From: Octopus sinensis
Lineage: Eukaryota
Direction of reading: 5' to 3'
Assembly (NCBI RefSeq): GCF_006345805.1
Contig: NW_021824831.1
Span: 1 to 64,000, forward strand
DNA length: 64,000 nt
Shown here: piece by piece, positions 59,035 to 64,000 of the stretch
Layout of the letters: each line of letters begins with the position of its first letter
Position numbering within the stretch: position 1 is the stretch's first letter
Notes under the pieces: generated by a model
What the model saw: only the letters and a program-made list of their open reading frames with translations
Database searches by the model: none
What the model was told of the DNA's origin: nothing
Program-made: the position numbers and the translations under genes

Positions 59035-60830
59035 ATGATACAATGTTACTATCTTGGCATAGGAATCGCAATAATTGTGGAGCTCCAATTTCCTTTTAGA
59101 ATTTCTTATCCATCGCTAACAATTCTTTTAGTTGTGGATCGATGCCCATCCCATAAACTTTACGCTGATTTACAGTCAATTGAAGTTCTTTACCTACCTT
59201 CGAAGATTACAACAATTCTACAGCCAATGGATCAAGGAATCATTAGATCAGGGGTGCGCAAGTGCGGCCGCGAGTCGATGAATGTGCGGCCGTGGGCACA
59301 ATTAGGTCATCAAGCAACTAATCTTAAATATAGTGCTCATAGTGTTAATTAATCAAGAAAAACCCTAAATAATAATTAAAAATATTCATATTAAATAAAA
59401 TTCTATTTTTATATAATGGTTAACCTTTATTAAAAGTAATTATCATAAACGGCTTAATTTATTTATGTCATTACCTGTTAAAAGACGACGTGCTTTGAAT
59501 GACGAAAAAAGAAAATTTAATATCAACTGGGAAAGTGAATACTTCGTAGTCGAAACAGACAACAATAGTATGCAATGCTTATTGTGCCATGAGATTGTGA
59601 AAACTATAAAACGGGACAATGCTAAACAACATTTTCAAAGACATTTAGACCACCTAGTTGTCAAGTCCATATATCAATAATTTGAATATATCTTTGCAAG
59701 GTAAGGACCAAACAATTTGTCGAATCTATAAAAAAATTAACGATTTTATGGATACATGCCGCCTACTGAAGATTCACATAGAAAAAAATGAATTATTTTA
59801 TTTTCAAAAAATCAAAAATCTCATTGATGACAAAATAATTAATTATGACGATCTTACACCAAATACATTTAATACTATATTCGATTATATTTTGAAACAA
59901 TTTGAAGAGCGATTTAACGAATTAAAAAAAATTGAACTCAAACTTCAATTAACTGCAGCACCACATACTGTTTCGATTGAGAATGCGCCATTGGAATTTC
60001 AAATTGAATTATTGAAATTAAAAAATGATTTAATTTTGCAATGATTTAATCAGCCACAGATTATCCAAATTTACGTGAAATGGCAAGAAATTATTCTCGT
60101 TTTATTCGGATGCACATATTTATGTGAGTCTACATTTTCCAAAATGAAATATTTAAAAAGTCAATATAGATCTCGGATAACGGATGCAAACTTAGAGTCA
60201 TGTTTGCGCATAATGATATCTACCCTACCAGTGCATTTCAATAAGCTCGCAAAAAATACCAAAGATCCTGGCCGTCATTAGAATAACTTGTATAATACAT
60301 TTCTTTTAATTAATTTTCCTTCTTTCTTATCTTTTGTCCATGAAATAATTATTTATTTTAATAATATGATGTCCCTGATGAACGAAAGCATTTCCTGTCC
60401 AAGAACTCATTCGGTCTCGATGACAATGGGCAACTTATGCGGGCACTTTTAATAATTAAAAAAAATTACTATATTAATATCAAAAAAATAATGCAGAAAA
60501 TGTGCGGCCGTGGAAGAAAAGGAAAAAAACATGCTATGCGGCCGCAAACCCAAAAAGCTTGCGCACCTCTGCATTAGATCCTTCAAAGGACATTTTAATA
60601 AACTTAAATTTGAGTTTATGTTAGAAAAAATTGAAAATGGAGAAAATCCACTGGAAGCTCATAAAAAAATAACTTTAAAAGACGGTCGGTCTTCTTTTTA
60701 CATATTTTGCCTGGAAAAAAGTAACGACCAAAACAATTAAAAATTGTTTCGGACATTCAAAATGGATCGAATGTGAAAATCAATTCGAAAGACCAACTGT
60801 TGAAATTGATAATTATGATCAAATGGTAAA
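59035..60830 (+). mobile_element. Tigger transposase fragment interrupted by a hAT element
   Basis: LLVVDRCPSH...YLPSKITTILQPMDQGIIRS | FKGHFNKLKFEFMLEKIE; similar to the 17524-17811 frame. Confidence 0.8.
59249..60571 (+). mobile_element. hAT element (SPIN/GTF2IRD2-like), internally deleted
   Basis: TIRs CAGGGGTGCGCAAG and CTTGCGCACCTCTG; 8-bp TSD CATTAGAT (59241-59248, 60572-60579); KRKFNINWESEYF...CLLCHE BED-like finger; FGCTYLCESTFSKMK...RSRITD dimerisation motif. Confidence 0.9.
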
Positions 60831-60840
60831 TACAGTAGAC

Positions 60841-62660
60841 CAGAGGTTTCAAATGGGAGGCGCGCCTCCCTAGGGAGGCGTTGACTCGTGTCAAGGGAGG
60901 CGCGAAAAGTATTTCAGAAACATTTTTAGAAAATTATATCTATGTAAAAAACGTGACTATATTCCGATAATAAGAGTTATTATTTAAAAATTATATTTTT
61001 TCAAAATTTATTTAATTTATTAGACAATTAAATAATTTTAACACATGAATAAATCTTGAGTGGTTGCAAAAGAAAATTCACGAATAATAAAGATTTTGAC
61101 GATGGTTCAAAAAATCAAAATGATTGGAATATAATCAATACCACTCCAAAGACAAGAAAATACTTTCCATCTTACTTATTGTTAGGATTCACACGTATCT
61201 TTGTTGATTCTATGGAAAGACCCCTCTGTTGCTTTGCCTCAAAACACTTGCAGCAGATAGTATGAGGCCATGCAAATTAAGAAGACATTTTGAAACGATG
61301 CATTCTGAACATGTCCATAAGTCTGAAGAATTTTTTAAAAGAAAATTAGAAGAGTTTGATAACCAAACGAAATCGTTAAAAAAACTTGTTTCTGTCTCTT
61401 CAAATGCTTTACTAGCATCGTACAAAGTTTCTTACAGGATTGCAAAATGCAAGAAACCGCACAATATCGGAGAAACTCTAGTTTTGCAGCAGCTATCGAT
61501 ATGGTTGAAGCAATGTTGGCGAATCCTATGCAAAACAATTACAGCAAATACCGCTTGCTGATAACACAGTCGCTAGAAGAATTGATGACATATCTGAAGA
61601 TCTTTGTGATCAGTTGGTTTCTCGACTACGTAACTGTAAATTTGCTATACAAGTTGATGAGGGAGCTGACATAATAAAATGCACATTTAATTGCATATGT
61701 CAGATATGCTGAAGAAAGTACAATAATAGAAGATCTATTATTCTGCAATTGTGAGGTACGCTGGCTATCTCGTGCAAAAGTGATTAGAAGGGTGTTTGAA
61801 CTCAAAGATCAAGTTGCAGATTTTCTTGATGAAAATGATATTGAAGATGCAAAGTTGTTCAGGGATGATGACTTTATTGTCAAATTTGCCTATTTAGTTG
61901 ACATTTTTGGGAAATTGAGTATATTGAATAAATCAATGCAGGGACCACAACTACATTTATTCTCTCAAAAGGACAAAATAAAAGCATTGAAAAAAATTGG
62001 TATTATGGAAATCAAATATACAAAAAAATATCTATGACATGTTTCCACTTTTAAACACCTTTTGCGCCATAGTGAACATTGAAGCAAACAAAGACATATT
62101 TGCTGACATTTGGATTGTTTGTTGAAGCATTTTGCTCACTATTTTAAAGATCTCGACTGTAAAATGTTCGAATGGATACAGAATCCATTTATTGATGAAG
62201 AAGATAATCAATTTGCATTGACAACTTTTGAAAAAGAAAAATTGATAGAATTGTCATGCGATACATTATTGAAACAAAAATTTGAGAGAGAACCGCTAAT
62301 TTCTTTTTGGTTGAATGTAAGAACGGAATATGAAATTTTGTCGAATAAGCAATGAAAGTTTTGTTGCCATTTGCTACTTCATATTTATGCGAAACTGGAT
62401 TTTCTGCACTAGCTGCAATTAAATCTAAATATCGAACTCGTTTAGTAGTGACTAATGAGCTAAGAGTAGCACTCTCTGCGATGACACCAAGATTTGAAAA
62501 ACTTTGCGCCAAGATGAAAAAAAATTATCTCATTAACTTTTTGTTTTAAAAAAATGTTTTTGATAAAATAATAATTGTATTATATTAGGAATATAAAGGG
62601 AGGCGCAAGATTGTACTTTTTCTCTAAGGGAGGGCGGTAAAAAAAGCTTGGAAACCTCTG
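60841..62660 (+). mobile_element. hAT element (Buster/Charlie, ZBED5/SCAND3-like), internally deleted and frameshifted
   Basis: TIRs CAGAGGTTTC and GAAACCTCTG; 8-bp TSD CAGTAGAC (60833-60840, 62661-62668); MRPCKLRRHFETMH, KKPHNIGETL, EVRWLSR, AYLVDIF, LLPFATSYLCETGFSAL. Confidence 0.9.
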
Positions 62661-64000
62661 CAGTAGACTATTCATTTAACGAAAATGAAAATGAGCATTC
62701 GTTAAATGAATTTAACGAAAAAAATTGTTTAATTAAAAATGTTGTCATGTAATCGGTAATTTTAGGTTCCTTCTTTTTAATTTTTGCCAATATATTTCTC
62801 AAATTTGTAATTAGGTGAATATGTTCACCAGATTCTTGCAAAAAATATTTTTCAATATTTTCCAAATATTTAAGTGCATCTGCATAACCAATGGGATTGT
62901 CATTTGTGCTATCTATTTCTTCATGCTCATTTTCTTCCTCACATTGTATTGTATCAAGATACGCGTTTTCTTCGCAGACGACAGGTGCACAAACAGGAAA
63001 CTCAATCATAATTTCACTTTTATTATCTTTAATTGTAAGGTGATTTAAATTTAATAACTTTTTCGTCAGTGGATTCTTCGAGTATTTTTTCATCTATCTT
63101 CGCCCAATTATTTAATGCCTTGTTAAAGCAATTTTTGATAGTGTCCACTGTGACTTCGTTCCAAGCCTCAATAATTAAAGGTAGAGCATTCACTAATTTG
63201 AATTTGGTAAGTTCATCTGTATATGACAATGTTCCTATATTTGTTTCCATACTCAAATTTCTAGTCATTCCTTTTTTATACAACGATTTAAATTCTGTCC
63301 AGCACAATCCCTTGATCAATTGGTTGAATCTTAGATGTTGTCTTTGGAGGAAGAAAATACAATTCGATATTACTGAATTCGCCATCAAAATAGTGAACTG
63401 GCGCATTATCTAAAAGAAGCAAAATCTTTCTATTTTCCACACTCATTTTGGAATTTAACCGTTCAACCCAGTTTTTAAAAATTAAACTGGTCATCCAAGA
63501 TTTATTGCTATTTGCATATTGAATCCCAAGATTATTCATATTAATATTTTTAAAACCATGAGGATTTTTGAATTTTCCGATTACCAACGGATGCTCTTTA
63601 TCTCCTTCCATATTTGTGCATAATAACAGTGTTATTCGTTCTTTAGAAAATTTTCCTGAAGCCCTTGATTCGGAGTCAAGAACTAATCTTTTTTTGGAGT
63701 ACATTTGAAAAAAAGGGCAGTTTCATCGCAGTTGTAAAAATTTTTCGATCCATATTTTTTTAACATGGCTGCAAAGCGTTCATACGAATCTATAAGCAAA
63801 ACGGGATCCACTAATTGTTTTTCTCCAGAAATCGTGAGTGTTTTTATTTTATACTCTTCCTTAAAGCGTGAAATCCATGGGTGAGATGCTTTGAAATTTT
63901 CAATATAAAATCGTTGAGCAATTTTGAGTGCCATTTCGCGTACCATTTCATTAGTTATGGTGTGATTACAGAAACGTTTGTTCTGAATCCATGCATATAG
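62661..64000 (-). mobile_element. Tigger/pogo transposon (runs off window), frameshifted transposase
   Basis: FKASHPWISRFK, YNCDETALF, KERITLLLCTN, KSWMT, LLDNAPVH, QPIDQG, EAWNEV...NCF; the terminus TA|CAGTAGAC begins at 60833 and is split by the hAT. Confidence 0.88.

Overview
AT-rich eukaryotic (metazoan) genomic DNA, not prokaryotic. Small islands of host genes sit in a dense matrix of nested, mostly decayed transposons. Every host gene I could reconstruct by hand is split by ultra-short GT-AG introns (about 22-32 nt), so the ORF track fragments or misses them. Host genes: non-muscle myosin II heavy chain (38376-44756), DNAAF5/HEATR2-like HEAT protein (46639-49396), NPC2/ML-domain protein (20061-20584), BRI3-like protein (58549-58894), a 4-TM LAPTM-like membrane protein (12041-12699), an orphan 8-exon gene (5850-6810), a lesioned caspase-3/7-like gene whose QACRG reads QASRG (7786-8752) and a decayed La-motif gene. 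Mobile DNA: several Tigger/pogo and Tc1 elements, three hAT (Buster/Charlie-like) elements, a Merlin element whose transposase carries host-type mini-introns, R4/Dong-, CRE-, RTE- and Jockey/I-like non-LTR retroelements, and two inverted copies of a non-autonomous Helitron carrying a 96-bp tandem satellite. Myosin II plus a motile-cilia assembly factor plus ~25-nt introns suggests a reduced ciliated animal such as a dicyemid; this is inference only. Many frameshifts fall in homopolymers, so some may be long-read assembly errors. The most notable structural observations: two unrelated hAT elements inserted at the identical 8-bp site in the terminus of one Tigger family, a Helitron-borne satellite seen at three stages, a Tigger split around a 6.4-kb block containing a host gene, and the intron-containing Merlin transposase.
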